This document shows, one piece after another, positions 26,640-37,051 of a stretch of 64,000 nt of DNA. The position numbers and the translations under genes were made by a program. The notes under the pieces were generated by a model. That model was not told the DNA's origin. It did not search any database and worked only from the letters and a program-made list of their open reading frames with translations. How positions within the stretch are numbered: position 1 is the first letter of the stretch; each line of letters starts with the position of its first letter. Origin of the DNA: an uncultured Desulfarculus sp. (GTDB taxonomy: Bacteria; Desulfobacterota; Desulfarculia; Desulfarculales; Desulfarculaceae); the NCBI GenBank assembly GCA_963665125.2, contig CAXXUK010000001.1, forward strand, positions 2,400,001 to 2,464,000. Reading direction: 5' to 3'.

Positions 26640-28516
26640 TAGAACGCCTGCCCCACGCTCAGGTAAAAATCATTGTCCGCGATGTTGGCGTCGGGGTCCG
26701 GGTTGAGTTGGAAGCCCCAGTCGACGCGCAAAGGCCCCACGGGTGTGTTGTAACGAAGGCCCAAACCAGCGGTATAACGCAGATCGCCGAAACTCATGAC
26801 GTCGATATCTTCATAGGCGTTGCCGGCATCGACAAAAACAACGCCGCCCAACTCCTGCCACAGCGGAAAACGCAATTCCAGGTTGCCCACCAGCATGGCT
26901 TCGCCGCCCAGGGGATTGCCCGATGAATCCAGCGGCCCAAGGCGCTGATAGGGATAGCCGCGCACAGAGTCAAAGCCGCCCGGGAAAAAGCGCCGGATAA
27001 GGGGAACGCGGTAGGTGTCGCCATAGGTGATGGTCAATCCCGCCTCGGCCCGCAGGGCCACCTGCCACCTTTTATCGGCTGACACCGGAATGATTTGCGA
27101 GGCGCTGACAATGGGCCGGATGAAGTTGAGTTCCGATCCCATGCACGAACCGCTGGCCTCAATTTCCATGGAAATCAAGGCTCCATTGGTGGGATTGAGC
27201 ATGGAGTTGCGGGTGTCGAAAACAATGCCGCCTTTTAACGAAGAAATCAAAAATGTCTGTTTTTCGAATACCGGGTCGGGCACCGCTGATTTCAGATCCA
27301 CCATTATGGAGCGTTCCCAGAGATAGCCGCCCCAAACCTTGGCGTATTTGCCGAACTGCGCCTCCAAAATCGGCGAGGCAAAGTAATTCCTGCTCTGGTA
27401 GGCCTCCTCGTTGGGCTGCTCCACACCGCCGCGCAGGACAAAGTTGGTGTTTTGCCACGGCACATAGGGGATATGCACCACGCCGACCAGGCCCTGGTAT
27501 ATGCTGCTGACTTTGCCCTCCAGCCGAATTTCATCACCCAGGCCCAGCATGTTGCGGTTGGTCTGTTCAATGATCACCCGCAGGCTGTCCTCGGTGCCCC
27601 AGCCAAGGCCCAGGCGTATGCGGTGGGCCGGTCTTTCGGAGAGCGTAAGAGTAATGGGAACCTCGTTGTTTTTGGTCTTTTGATAGTCGGGAACGAACAC
27701 GGCGGTGGCAAAAAAGCCGGAGCTAAGCAGGGTCTGCTGGGAGGCGCTCATGGACGCGGCGCTGAAGGGCTGTCCCTTTTTGAACTTGAGCAGGCGCCTG
27801 ACATATTTATCACTCAGCGATTTGTTGCCGGTAATGGTGACGTCGCCGAATATGTACTTCGGTCCCGGATCAACCACCAAAATCACGTCCGCCGCTAATT
27901 CCTTGGGATATACCCGGACCTGACCGGCCACGGCGGCCTTGGGAAAGGCGTTGTCGGCCAGTTTTTCATGGACCCGTTGTTTGGCCTTTTCGTACTCCTC
28001 CAGGGAAAACCTTTTTCCGGTCTCTATGCCCGCCGCCTTTTTCAGAATCGGCTGCCATTGTTTCTGGTCGGCCTGGTCGGGCAGCCGTATTTCAATGCTG
28101 CGAAACAGCGTCGGCTGTCCCTCATGCACCTGGTAGACAAGCAGCATGCGGTCCTGGCCCATAATCATGGGGCTGAGCAAAACGCGCACGTTGACGTCGA
28201 AAAATCCGTAGCGCTCGTACACGCTCTTCATGCGCTTTATATCCCTGGAGGCCGCCAGGGGGTCGTAGAGTTCCTGCTGGCCCACCTGGAAACGTGACCG
28301 AGGAGAATACTCGAGGACGTTTTCCAGGTCTTTTTGGGGGAGGTTGTCCACCCCATCCAGACGCACCTCACCCAACACCACCCGACCCGAGGGATCGGGC
28401 AGGGGGTACTGATTGTCCGGCACCGGCATGGTGGGTTCGTCGGCATGGCACGGCGCCGCCAAACCAGCCGCGAATATGGCCATTATCAAGGCTATGATGG
28501 GAATAAGTCTAAACAT
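26639..28516 (-). CDS. tamA: Omp85/TamA outer-membrane protein
   Basis: Signal peptide from ATG 28516, POTRA-like repeats, SVRGY, GLRYNTPVGPLRVD, terminal GQAF. Confidence 0.9.
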   Translation of the reverse strand: MFRLIPIIALIMAIFAAGLAAPCHADEPTMPVPDNQYPLPDPSGRVVLGEVRLDGVDNLPQKDLENVLEYSPRSRFQVGQQELYDPLAASRDIKRMKSVYERYGFFDVNVRVLLSPMIMGQDRMLLVYQVHEGQPTLFRSIEIRLPDQADQKQWQPILKKAAGIETGKRFSLEEYEKAKQRVHEKLADNAFPKAAVAGQVRVYPKELAADVILVVDPGPKYIFGDVTITGNKSLSDKYVRRLLKFKKGQPFSAASMSASQQTLLSSGFFATAVFVPDYQKTKNNEVPITLTLSERPAHRIRLGLGWGTEDSLRVIIEQTNRNMLGLGDEIRLEGKVSSIYQGLVGVVHIPYVPWQNTNFVLRGGVEQPNEEAYQSRNYFASPILEAQFGKYAKVWGGYLWERSIMVDLKSAVPDPVFEKQTFLISSLKGGIVFDTRNSMLNPTNGALISMEIEASGSCMGSELNFIRPIVSASQIIPVSADKRWQVALRAEAGLTITYGDTYRVPLIRRFFPGGFDSVRGYPYQRLGPLDSSGNPLGGEAMLVGNLELRFPLWQELGGVVFVDAGNAYEDIDVMSFGDLRYTAGLGLRYNTPVGPLRVDWGFQLNPDPDANIADNDFYLSVGQAF

Positions 28517-28639
28517 ATACCAGTCGATACCACGACACCGGCCCGATGGGAAGAAATCAGGGTTGAAGTTGATATTATAGTTGCTAAAACCAGTTGCGCA
28601 GCACGGTTTTTTGGGGTAGCCAGTGTTTCGGAGAAAAAA

Positions 28640-30358
28640 ATGGACTGGAAGAAAACAATGGCGGCCCGCCTGGCGGCGGCCAGGGGCGACAAACCGGCTG
28701 GACTGGTGTTTACCGGCGGCAACGTGGTCAACGTCTTCACCGGCCAAATCGAACAGACCGACCTTGCCGTCGACCATGGGGCCATCGTCGGTCTTGGCAG
28801 CTATGAAGGCGAAAAGGTCATCGACCTGGAAGGCGCCTTTCTGGCGCCGGGGTTTATCGACGGTCATTTGCACATAGAATCTTCCTTGCTTTATCCAGCC
28901 CAGTTCGCCAAGGCCGTCTGCCCCCTGGGCACCTCGGCCGTGGTGGCCGATCCCCACGAAATCACCAACGTGATGGGCGTGGAGGGTTTTTCGGCGATGA
29001 TCGACGCCTCGGAAAACCTGCCGGTCACCATCTTTTTCATGGCCTCGTCCTGCGTACCGGCCAGTTCGCTGCAAGACTCGGGCGCCGTTCTCTCGGCGGC
29101 GGAGTTGTCCCTGCTCGGCCGCCATCCCAGGGTCCTGGGGTTGGCCGAGATGATGAACTTTCCCGGAACCATGGCCGGAGCCCCGGATATCCTGGAAAAG
29201 CTGAAGGCCTTTAAGGGCCGACCCATCGACGGCCACGCCCCGCTGCTCAGAGGCAAAGGCCTCAACGCCTATATCTGCGCCGGCCCCAACAGCGACCACG
29301 AGTGCACCCGCTACAACGAAGCCGCCGAAAAGCTGGCCAAAGGCATGTGGCTGATGATCCGCCAAGGCACCCACGCCCACAATCTCAAGGATCTGCTGCC
29401 CCTGGTCACGCCGGTCACCGAACGGCGCTGCATGCTGGTCAGCGACGACCGGCAGGCCGACACAATCGCCCAGCGGGGCCACATGGACGACCTGTTGCGC
29501 CTGGCCGTGGACGGAGGCCTTGACCCGGTCACGGCCATTCGCCTGGTCACCCTCAACCCGGCCACCCGCTTTGGCCTGCGGGACCGGGGAGCCCTGGCTC
29601 CGGGTTACAGGGCCGACATCGTGGTTCTGGAAGACCTGCGCGATTTCCAGGTCAGCCGCGTTTATCACGGCGGCAAGCTGGTGGCCCGTAGCGGCCGCTG
29701 CACCCACCCCTGCGACCAGCCCTTCACGCCCACGGCCCGCCAGACCATGCATCTGCCTGAGTTGAAGCCCGACCTATTCAGAGTGCCCGTGGAAGGTCCC
29801 AAGGTCCGGGTCATCGAGCTGTTCAAGGACCAGATCATCACCGGCCAAGCCCTGGAGCGTACGCCGCAAAAGGGCGGCTATCTTGCCGCCGACCCCACCA
29901 GTGATCTGGCCCTGGCCTTTGTCATCGAACGCCACAAGGCGGGCGGCGCCAAAGGAGCCTGCCTGTTGCGGGGCCTGGGATTCAAATCCGGCGCCCTGGC
30001 CACCAGCGTAGCCCACGACTGCCACAATCTGGTCCTGGCCGGTTCCGACGAAGACTCCCTGCTGGCTGCGGCAAGGGCCGTGGCCGAAATGGGCGGCGGA
30101 TTGGCCGTGGCCAGGGAGGGCATGGTTCTGGCCAAACTGCCCCTGCCCCTGGCCGGCCTGATGAGCGACCAGCCCTATGACCACGTGGCAGCCGAGATCA
30201 GCGAAATCGATCTAGCCGCCGCCCAGGTCTGCAGGATGCCAAGCCCGTTCATGGCCCTGTCCTTCATCGCCCTGGAGGTCATCCCCCACCTGAAGCTCAC
30301 CGACCGTGGCCTGGTGGACGTGGATCAATTCAAACCGGTGGATCTTTTCGTGGAATAG
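28640..30358 (+). CDS. ade: Adenine deaminase
   Basis: PGFIDGHLHIESS, DPHEI, EMMNFPG, DGHAP, DHEC, AHDCHN. Confidence 0.94.
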   Translation: MDWKKTMAARLAAARGDKPAGLVFTGGNVVNVFTGQIEQTDLAVDHGAIVGLGSYEGEKVIDLEGAFLAPGFIDGHLHIESSLLYPAQFAKAVCPLGTSAVVADPHEITNVMGVEGFSAMIDASENLPVTIFFMASSCVPASSLQDSGAVLSAAELSLLGRHPRVLGLAEMMNFPGTMAGAPDILEKLKAFKGRPIDGHAPLLRGKGLNAYICAGPNSDHECTRYNEAAEKLAKGMWLMIRQGTHAHNLKDLLPLVTPVTERRCMLVSDDRQADTIAQRGHMDDLLRLAVDGGLDPVTAIRLVTLNPATRFGLRDRGALAPGYRADIVVLEDLRDFQVSRVYHGGKLVARSGRCTHPCDQPFTPTARQTMHLPELKPDLFRVPVEGPKVRVIELFKDQIITGQALERTPQKGGYLAADPTSDLALAFVIERHKAGGAKGACLLRGLGFKSGALATSVAHDCHNLVLAGSDEDSLLAAARAVAEMGGGLAVAREGMVLAKLPLPLAGLMSDQPYDHVAAEISEIDLAAAQVCRMPSPFMALSFIALEVIPHLKLTDRGLVDVDQFKPVDLFVE

Positions 30359-30428
30359 GCCGCCCCGGCCGCCACAGCTTTGCACGGCATGGCAAAATAA
30401 TGCTAAGCTTTCCACGGAGGTGCGCGAT

Positions 30429-31766
30429 ATGACCGACGACAACGGCTGGCTGGAAAACACCGACCGCAAAATCCTCAACTGGCTCTGGCGCAAAGGCAGA
30501 CCCACCAAGGGCGTGGCCATGTGGGGCCAATATGCCTTGCAGGTGGCTTATCTTTCCATGCGAAACTTCGTCGGCCGTAGTCTTTCGTTTCAGGCCAGCG
30601 CCCTGACCTTCATCACCATCCTGGGCCTGGTGCCGGCCCTGGCCATCAGCTTTTCCCTGGCCAAGGGCCTGGGGTTCGCCGATTCCATGAGGGCCCTGTT
30701 GATCAATGAATACACCGCGGGCCAGCACGAGGTCATGGAGTACATCCTGTCCTATGTGGACCACACCAATGTCGGGGCCCTGGGCATCGTCGGTCTGGCC
30801 ATGCTGGTAATTTCGCTGGTATTGGCCCTGTCCAACGCTGAAAACGCCTTCAACCGCATCTGGGACATCAAGCAGACACGCACCATTTTCCGTAAGTTTA
30901 CCGATTACCTGTCAGTGTTGGTCATATGCCCCTTGATGATCGTAGCCGCCACGGGCATGTGGGCCGGCATGGCTTCCAACGAAGTGGTGCAATGGCTGAC
31001 CAATCAGGCCGTTATCGGCGAGGTGGCGTCCATGGGCCTGCGGCTGGGTCCATTGCTTATGCTGGCGCTGGGATTTATTTTCATGTATATGTTCTTGCCA
31101 AACACTAGGGTGCCGCTGGTGTCTGCCCTCATCGCCGGTGTGGTGGCTTCGGCCATGTGGTGGGGAGTGCAAAGCTTATACATCCAGTTCCAGGTTGGCG
31201 TTGCCAAATACAACGCCATCTATGGCGGTTTCGCGTCTCTGCCGTTGTTCCTTGTCTGGCTGCATGTCAGTTGGACGGTTGTGCTGTACGGCGCGGAGTT
31301 GGCCCATACGGATTATTTGTGCCGCAATGACATGATACCCGAAGCCGTGTTGCCGCCGATCTCGGCATCCAAACGCCAGGCCCTGACCATGGACCTGATG
31401 ATGCTCATCGCGCGGCGCTTTCACGGCGGGCAACTGGCATTGCCTCTCAATTCCCTGGCCAAGGAACTGGGCATCACCCGCAACCAGGCCGCTGGAGCGG
31501 CCGAGCCTCTGGTTCGTGCCGGTCTGTTGACGCCGCCTGACGACAACGACGTGATGATGCCCGCCCGTGACCTGAGCAGCATCAGCGCCCGGGAACTGGC
31601 CATCGCAGTTGGAGCGGGCATAGTGCCCGGCGCAGACAACGCCGCGGCCGATTCGGTTATCAGCGGCGTATTGGCCAAGCTTTGCAACGCCGTTGACGGC
31701 GCCCTGGGAGAAACAACGCTGCTGGACCTTGTCCGCATGCCGGAACCGGAGGTCCAGCGGCAATGA
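30429..31766 (+). CDS. YihY/BrkB-family membrane protein with C-terminal HTH-like domain
   Basis: ASALTFITILGLVP, AFNRIW, YNAIYGGFASLP, GAEL; GGAGG SD. Confidence 0.88.
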   Translation: MTDDNGWLENTDRKILNWLWRKGRPTKGVAMWGQYALQVAYLSMRNFVGRSLSFQASALTFITILGLVPALAISFSLAKGLGFADSMRALLINEYTAGQHEVMEYILSYVDHTNVGALGIVGLAMLVISLVLALSNAENAFNRIWDIKQTRTIFRKFTDYLSVLVICPLMIVAATGMWAGMASNEVVQWLTNQAVIGEVASMGLRLGPLLMLALGFIFMYMFLPNTRVPLVSALIAGVVASAMWWGVQSLYIQFQVGVAKYNAIYGGFASLPLFLVWLHVSWTVVLYGAELAHTDYLCRNDMIPEAVLPPISASKRQALTMDLMMLIARRFHGGQLALPLNSLAKELGITRNQAAGAAEPLVRAGLLTPPDDNDVMMPARDLSSISARELAIAVGAGIVPGADNAAADSVISGVLAKLCNAVDGALGETTLLDLVRMPEPEVQRQ

Positions 31767-31799
31767 AAACAGCAATTTACACCCAAGGCGTTTGCAACA

Positions 31800-32513
31800 A
31801 TGACCGATATGGACCAACCTGTCCCCGGCTCTTCCGGAGCCAAGAAACGTATCGAAGACCGCTTTGATCTTATTTGGAACCGAGTCGATTTCGGCCCGGT
31901 GAATCTGCTGCTCCCCGAGCTGAAAGACCCGATCAGCTATATCCAAAAATGCATGGAGGAAAAAGGCAGCACCGCCGACGACCTGCCGTTCTGGACCAAC
32001 CTATGGCCCGCGGCAATCGTTCTGGCCAGCTTTGCCAGCCGCCTACCCCAAAACGGCGAGCCAATCCTCGAACTGGGGGCAGGCCTGGGTCTGCCGGGGC
32101 TGGCCGCGGCGGCCAGCGGCAACGATGTGGTAATTACCGACCTGGAGCCGGACGCCCTGGAGTTTGCCAGGGCCGCGGCCGAGGCCAACGGGCTGGAGGA
32201 CAAGATCGACGTCCGGGCTCTGGACTGGACCAAGCCTCCGGCCGACCTGGGACGCTTCAAGACGATCCTGGGCGCGGAGGTGCTTTATCAGCCCAAGATA
32301 TACACCACTTTGGTCGATCTGCTGGAGACCCTGACCGAGCCGGACAGTTCGGTGTTCCTCAGCCACCAGATACGGCCGTTCGTGCCGGCCTTTTTCCAGC
32401 TGGCCCAGGAACGCTTTGGCATAAAAAACACAAAGAGGACCATTCGGAGCGAAGACGGCCCCGTGGATGTGATCCTCTATGCGTTGAAGCCCCGCAGCGC
32501 CAAACTGAATTAG
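31800..32513 (+). CDS. Class I SAM methyltransferase (protein-lysine MTase-like)
   Basis: PFWTNLWPAA, ILELGAGLG, LDW, GAEVLY. Confidence 0.85.
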   Translation: MTDMDQPVPGSSGAKKRIEDRFDLIWNRVDFGPVNLLLPELKDPISYIQKCMEEKGSTADDLPFWTNLWPAAIVLASFASRLPQNGEPILELGAGLGLPGLAAAASGNDVVITDLEPDALEFARAAAEANGLEDKIDVRALDWTKPPADLGRFKTILGAEVLYQPKIYTTLVDLLETLTEPDSSVFLSHQIRPFVPAFFQLAQERFGIKNTKRTIRSEDGPVDVILYALKPRSAKLN

Positions 32514-32531
32514 CACTGCGTGAGGCATATT

Positions 32532-32948
32532 TTACTGAAGAATGAAATAACCAGCCATGCGCCACGAGCCGTCGGCCTGGCGCATCATGGTTACGCGCTC
32601 GCCGCTGTCATTTTGGGTGAAGGCGGTGGCATACTCTATCACCACATATTGGCCCGCCGGGGCGCCCGGAAGGCTGTTGAAGTCCTTGGCGCCCAGGATT
32701 TTGCGGCTCTTGACCGTCCCGTAGGGCTTGCGGGCCGTGCTCAGCTGCTGAACCCAGGCATCTTGGGGAACCTTGCTCTTGAAGAACGCGCTGGCCTGGT
32801 CCCAACTCTGGGCATATTGCCCGCTGTCAACCAATGACAGGAAGGCGGCGGAAGCCTTTACGGCAGCCTTGTCCGCGGCCAGACAAACCGAGGCCGATAA
32901 AACCAACAAGGCGGCCAGACCAACAGTCACAAACTTTTTCACCGTCAT
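32532..32948 (-). CDS. DUF4019-like exported protein
   Basis: Signal peptide; LVDSGQYAQSW, LPGAPAGQY, WRMAGYFI; GGAGG SD before ATG 32948. Confidence 0.8.
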   Translation of the reverse strand: MTVKKFVTVGLAALLVLSASVCLAADKAAVKASAAFLSLVDSGQYAQSWDQASAFFKSKVPQDAWVQQLSTARKPYGTVKSRKILGAKDFNSLPGAPAGQYVVIEYATAFTQNDSGERVTMMRQADGSWRMAGYFILQ

Positions 32949-33008
32949 GATGACCTCCGGTATCAAGGCCACGGCCAATGCGGGCCATGGCAAATTTCCT
33001 TTTTACTC

Positions 33009-33037
33009 AGGCTATAAGTGATGACGATGCGTGTCAA
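33009..33037 (-). promoter_or_regulatory. sigma70 promoter of the DUF4019-like gene
   Basis: TTGACA-17 nt-TAGCCT. Confidence 0.55.
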
Positions 33038-33046
33038 GAGGCCTGG

Positions 33047-33466
33047 TCAATCCAGGATGCGCAGGATGTCCTTGAGTTCGGCCACCACCTCTTCGCGCAT
33101 TGAATCGGGCATCGCCACCGGGCCCATGGCCAGGCTCAACTGCCCCGTTGCCGGAGCTGGCTCCTGTTCCATGGACGCACTGGGAGGCGGTTCTATTTCA
33201 GGATTCGGGGAGTCTTGCAGCCCTTCCAACAGCTGGCGGGCTCCGGCGATGGTGTAGCGCTTTTCGTGGACCAGCTCTTTGATCTCAAAGAGCTTCTCCA
33301 GGTCTTCCAGGCGGTAGAGGCGTTGTTTACTGGCCGCACGCACCGGCTTGAGCTGGGGAAACTCGCTCTCCCAGTAACGCAGGACATGGGTCTCCAGGCC
33401 CAAAAAGCGGGCTACTTCGCCGATGCGGTAATACGGCTTTTGCGGGATGTCGGCCGGTAACGTCAT
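33047..33466 (-). CDS. MerR-family regulator (pheT-associated type)
   Basis: YYRIGEVA, HVLRYWESEFPQLKP, YTIAGAR. Confidence 0.9.
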   Translation of the reverse strand: MTLPADIPQKPYYRIGEVARFLGLETHVLRYWESEFPQLKPVRAASKQRLYRLEDLEKLFEIKELVHEKRYTIAGARQLLEGLQDSPNPEIEPPPSASMEQEPAPATGQLSLAMGPVAMPDSMREEVVAELKDILRILD

Positions 33467-33488
33467 GCATCCCCCGTCAAAGTGCCAA

Positions 33489-35900
33489 TCAGCCGCGCAA
33501 TTCCCCCTGGAATTCGCCGAGCAGGGCCTCGACCATGGCGTCGAAATCGGGCACGACCTCTTCCTCGGTCAGGGTGCGGTCGTCGGCCCGGTAGGCCAGG
33601 CGCAGTCCCACGGATTTGCGGCCCTTGGGCAGCGGCTTGCCCTTGTATATATCGAACAACTCGACGCTGCGGAGCAGTCTGCCGCCTTTTTGCCTGGCCG
33701 TTTCCAGCACCTCTCCGGCGGCCACCGAGTCATCCACCACCAAGGCAACATCGCGCATGACCTCTGGATAGCGCGGCAGATGGCGGAAACTGGCCCGTTC
33801 TGGAGATAGTTGTACCAATAAATCCTGGTCCAGGTCCAGGTAATAGACGGGCCGTTTGATATCAAAGTCGGCGCAGACGCCCTTGGCCACCAGGCCCAGT
33901 TCGCCGATCAGGCTGTCGCCCGAGTAGACCCGCAGCCACTGTTCATGGTCCATGTAGGGCTGGGGCCCACCATCCTGACGGAAGCTGTAGTCCTTGATCC
34001 CCAGACCGTTCATCAAATACTCCACCACGCCCCTGATATGGGACAGGCTCACCTCGGCCTCGCCGCTGAACCAGCTTACCGGCTGGGCCAAGCCGCTGAT
34101 CACCGCGCCCAGCCGAGCGGGTTCAAAGGGCTGGGGATTGTCGCCCCGGGCGATGAACACCTTGCCCACCTCGAACATGGCCACGTCCTGGACCCTGTGG
34201 CCCAAATTGCGGCGTACGCAACTGAGCAGGCCGGGCAGCAGGCTGGTACGCAGCTGGGACAGGTCCTCGGAAAGGGGATTGGTCAGATTGACCACCTTGC
34301 GGCGGTCATCGCTTTCGGCCAGGCGCAGCTTGTCGTTCCACTCGGGGTGGCCGAATGAGTAGTTGATGGCTTCGTCCAGGCCATGGCCGGTCATGATGTC
34401 GCGGACCCGCTCCCGGATTACCTGCTCCCGGGCCCGCGGCTTGGCCATGATGCTGCCGCTGGGCATGGTGAAGGGGAACTTGTCATAGCCGATGAGCCGG
34501 GCCACTTCCTCGGTGAGGTCAACCGGGCGCTCCAGGTCGGTGCGGGTGGCCGGGGGCCAGGCCGCGATGCGGTCGTCGTCGATTTGCTCGACCTTCAGAC
34601 CCAGGGCCTCCAGGGGCCGCACAGTGCTGTCCATATCCAGCTCGGTGCCCAAAAAGGCCGCCGTGCGGCTGACGCTCAGCTCCAGGCGCGGGGCCTCGTA
34701 CGGCAGGGGATAGGCGTCAACCGCGCCCTTGGCCACGGTCCCGCCGGCCCATTCGGACATCAGCTTGGCCGCCCGTCCGGCGGCCCGCAGGCAGCCCTCG
34801 CGGTTGATGCCGCGCTCAAAGCGGTAGGATGATTCGCTGCCCATGTTCAGGTGCTTGGCCGTGCGGCGGATGGATGTGGGGTTGAAGAATGCAGCCTCGA
34901 TGAGCACGGCGGTGCTGTGTTCTTCGATCTCGCTGTTTAGCCCGCCCATGACGCCGGCCAGGGCCACCGGACGCTGGGTGTCGCAGATCAGGAGCATGCC
35001 CTGCTCCAACTTGCGCTCCTTGTTGTCCAGAGTGGTGAAGCCCTCGCCCTCGGCGGCCTGGCGCACGATGATCTTCGGACCGCCCACCTGGCCGTAGTCA
35101 AAGGCGTGCAGGGGCTGGCCCAGTTCCATCATCACGAAGTTGGTCACGTCGACGATGTTGTTGATGGGCCGCACGCCGCAGGCCTGCAAACGGTCGCGCA
35201 CCCAAAGGGGCGAAGGACCGATCTTGATGCCTTCGACGACCTTGGCCACGTAGCGCGGGCAGCTCTCCGGGTCGTCGATTTGCACCTGGATATACTCCGC
35301 GGCGTCTTTACCATCTTCAACAGGCTGGCAGTCGGGCAGGCTCACCGGCAGGCCCAACAGGGCGCCAACCTCGGTGGCCACGCCCAGCATGCTCAGGGCG
35401 TCGCCGCGGTTGGGCGTGATGGATATCTCCATCACCGCCGTCTCCAGGTCGAACAGGTCCACCAGGTTTTGGCCCAGAGGCGCGTCGGCAGGCAGGGCCA
35501 TCAGGCCGCCGTGGTCGTCGCTGAGGCCCAGGTCCCGCTCCGAGCAGAGCATGCCCCGGGATTCCACGCCGCGGATCTTGGCCTTCTTCACGGTGATATC
35601 GCCCAGCTTTGCCCCTTCCAGGGCTAGGGGCACCACCTGCCCCGGCTCCACGCCCGGCGCGCCGCAGACCACGGTTCGCGTCTCGTCGGCGCCGTATTCC
35701 ACGGTGACCAGGTGCAGGCGGTCGGCATTGGGGTGATCGTCAACAGCGATGATCTTGGCCGCGACGACCAGGTCCAGGCCCTGGTTGCGCGGCTCTATGC
35801 CGTCCACTTCCAGACCGGTGAGGCTCAGCAGGTCGGCCAGGTCTTGATCGGCCAAGTCATATTTTACGAACTGGCGGAGCCATTTCAGCGGTACCAGCAT
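33489..35900 (-). CDS. pheT: Phenylalanyl-tRNA synthetase beta subunit
   Basis: HPNADRL, ITPNRGD, RFERG, LRTSLLPGL, ferredoxin-fold C-terminal domain. Confidence 0.97.
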   Translation of the reverse strand: MLVPLKWLRQFVKYDLADQDLADLLSLTGLEVDGIEPRNQGLDLVVAAKIIAVDDHPNADRLHLVTVEYGADETRTVVCGAPGVEPGQVVPLALEGAKLGDITVKKAKIRGVESRGMLCSERDLGLSDDHGGLMALPADAPLGQNLVDLFDLETAVMEISITPNRGDALSMLGVATEVGALLGLPVSLPDCQPVEDGKDAAEYIQVQIDDPESCPRYVAKVVEGIKIGPSPLWVRDRLQACGVRPINNIVDVTNFVMMELGQPLHAFDYGQVGGPKIIVRQAAEGEGFTTLDNKERKLEQGMLLICDTQRPVALAGVMGGLNSEIEEHSTAVLIEAAFFNPTSIRRTAKHLNMGSESSYRFERGINREGCLRAAGRAAKLMSEWAGGTVAKGAVDAYPLPYEAPRLELSVSRTAAFLGTELDMDSTVRPLEALGLKVEQIDDDRIAAWPPATRTDLERPVDLTEEVARLIGYDKFPFTMPSGSIMAKPRAREQVIRERVRDIMTGHGLDEAINYSFGHPEWNDKLRLAESDDRRKVVNLTNPLSEDLSQLRTSLLPGLLSCVRRNLGHRVQDVAMFEVGKVFIARGDNPQPFEPARLGAVISGLAQPVSWFSGEAEVSLSHIRGVVEYLMNGLGIKDYSFRQDGGPQPYMDHEQWLRVYSGDSLIGELGLVAKGVCADFDIKRPVYYLDLDQDLLVQLSPERASFRHLPRYPEVMRDVALVVDDSVAAGEVLETARQKGGRLLRSVELFDIYKGKPLPKGRKSVGLRLAYRADDRTLTEEEVVPDFDAMVEALLGEFQGELRG

Positions 35901-35912
35901 GGAATCACCCCT

Positions 35913-36920
35913 TTAGAACTGACGCAGGAAGCGAAGATCGTTTTCATAGAACAGACGCAGGTCATCGATGCCCAGGCGCAGCATGGCCACTCGCTCGATG
36001 CCGATGCCAAAGGCGAAGCCGCTGATCTCCTCGGGGTCATAGCCCACGTTTTTATACACGTTGGGGTCGACCATGCCGCAGCCCAGGATCTCCAGCCAGC
36101 CGGTGTTGCTGCACACCCGGCAACCCTTGCCCTTGCAGACCACGCAGCCGATGTCGACCTCGGCGCTGGGCTCGGTGAACGGGAAAAAGCTGGGCCGGAA
36201 GCGAACCGGTGCGTCGGCGTCGAATATCTCGTGCAGGAAGGTGGTCAATACACCCTTGAGGTCGGCGAAGGTGATGCCCTTGTCGACCATCAGGCCTTCG
36301 ACCTGCTGGAACATCGGCGTATGGGTGGCGTCGGAGTCGCGGCGGTAGGTCTTGCCCGGAGCCACGATGCGCACCGGCGGCGGCGTGGTCTCCATGACGT
36401 GAACCTGGACCGGGCTGGTGTGGGTGCGCAGGACCACGCCCTGGTCCACGTAAAAGGTGTCCTGCATATCCCTGGCCGGGTGATCGGGCGGGATATTCAG
36501 GGCCTCGAAGCAGTACCAGTCGGTCTCCACCTCGGAGCTTTCCACCACCTCGAAGCCCATACGGCCGAATACCTCCAGGATCAGGCGCTCGGTCTGGGTG
36601 GCCGGATGCAAATGCCCCCGGCGCATGGCAATGCCCGGCAGGGATACGTCGATCCCGCCTTTTTTGCGGCGGGCGGCCGCGCCCAGTTGTTCCTTGGCTT
36701 GTTCCAGGGCTGCTTCGATCTCGCCCTTGACCTGGTTGGCCACTTTGCCGAACTCCGGACGATCTTCCGGCGGCAAGGAGCCGGTCTTGCGGAGGATATG
36801 GGTCAGCTTGCCTTTGCGGCCCAGCAGGGACGTACGCAAGGACTCCACGGCTGCGGCATCGTCGGCCTTGGAAATGGCCTCCAGGGCCTCAGCGCCAAGG
36901 GCCTTGAGTTCTTCGAGCAT
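35913..36920 (-). CDS. pheS: Phenylalanyl-tRNA synthetase alpha subunit
   Basis: HPARDMQDTF, LRTHTSP, FPFTEPS, GFAFGIGIER. Confidence 0.97.
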   Translation of the reverse strand: MLEELKALGAEALEAISKADDAAAVESLRTSLLGRKGKLTHILRKTGSLPPEDRPEFGKVANQVKGEIEAALEQAKEQLGAAARRKKGGIDVSLPGIAMRRGHLHPATQTERLILEVFGRMGFEVVESSEVETDWYCFEALNIPPDHPARDMQDTFYVDQGVVLRTHTSPVQVHVMETTPPPVRIVAPGKTYRRDSDATHTPMFQQVEGLMVDKGITFADLKGVLTTFLHEIFDADAPVRFRPSFFPFTEPSAEVDIGCVVCKGKGCRVCSNTGWLEILGCGMVDPNVYKNVGYDPEEISGFAFGIGIERVAMLRLGIDDLRLFYENDLRFLRQF

Positions 36921-36952
36921 GTGGCTCCCCGAAAGGATATTTGAGATCCAGT

Positions 36953-36987
36953 AAAAAGTTGAAAAGCCCCGAGGGGCCTTATCAACT
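36953..36987 (-). terminator. Intrinsic terminator after rplT
   Basis: AGTTGA(T)AAGGCCC-CTCG-GGGCTTTTCAACT followed by TTTT. Confidence 0.7.
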
Positions 36988-37051
36988 ACGTGCCGGATGA
37001 GCCAAGGGCCCGCTCCGGCACGTGAAAACCGTCAGGTTTTTATAATCCGGG

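Noticed and set aside
28334..28639. Upstream extension of the ade ORF
   Set aside because: It overlaps tamA on the other strand; ade homology and an SD start at 28640.
28517..29752. 412-aa N-terminal extension of the 1037-aa TamA ORF
   Set aside because: It is the antisense shadow of ade; a clean signal peptide begins at ATG 28516.
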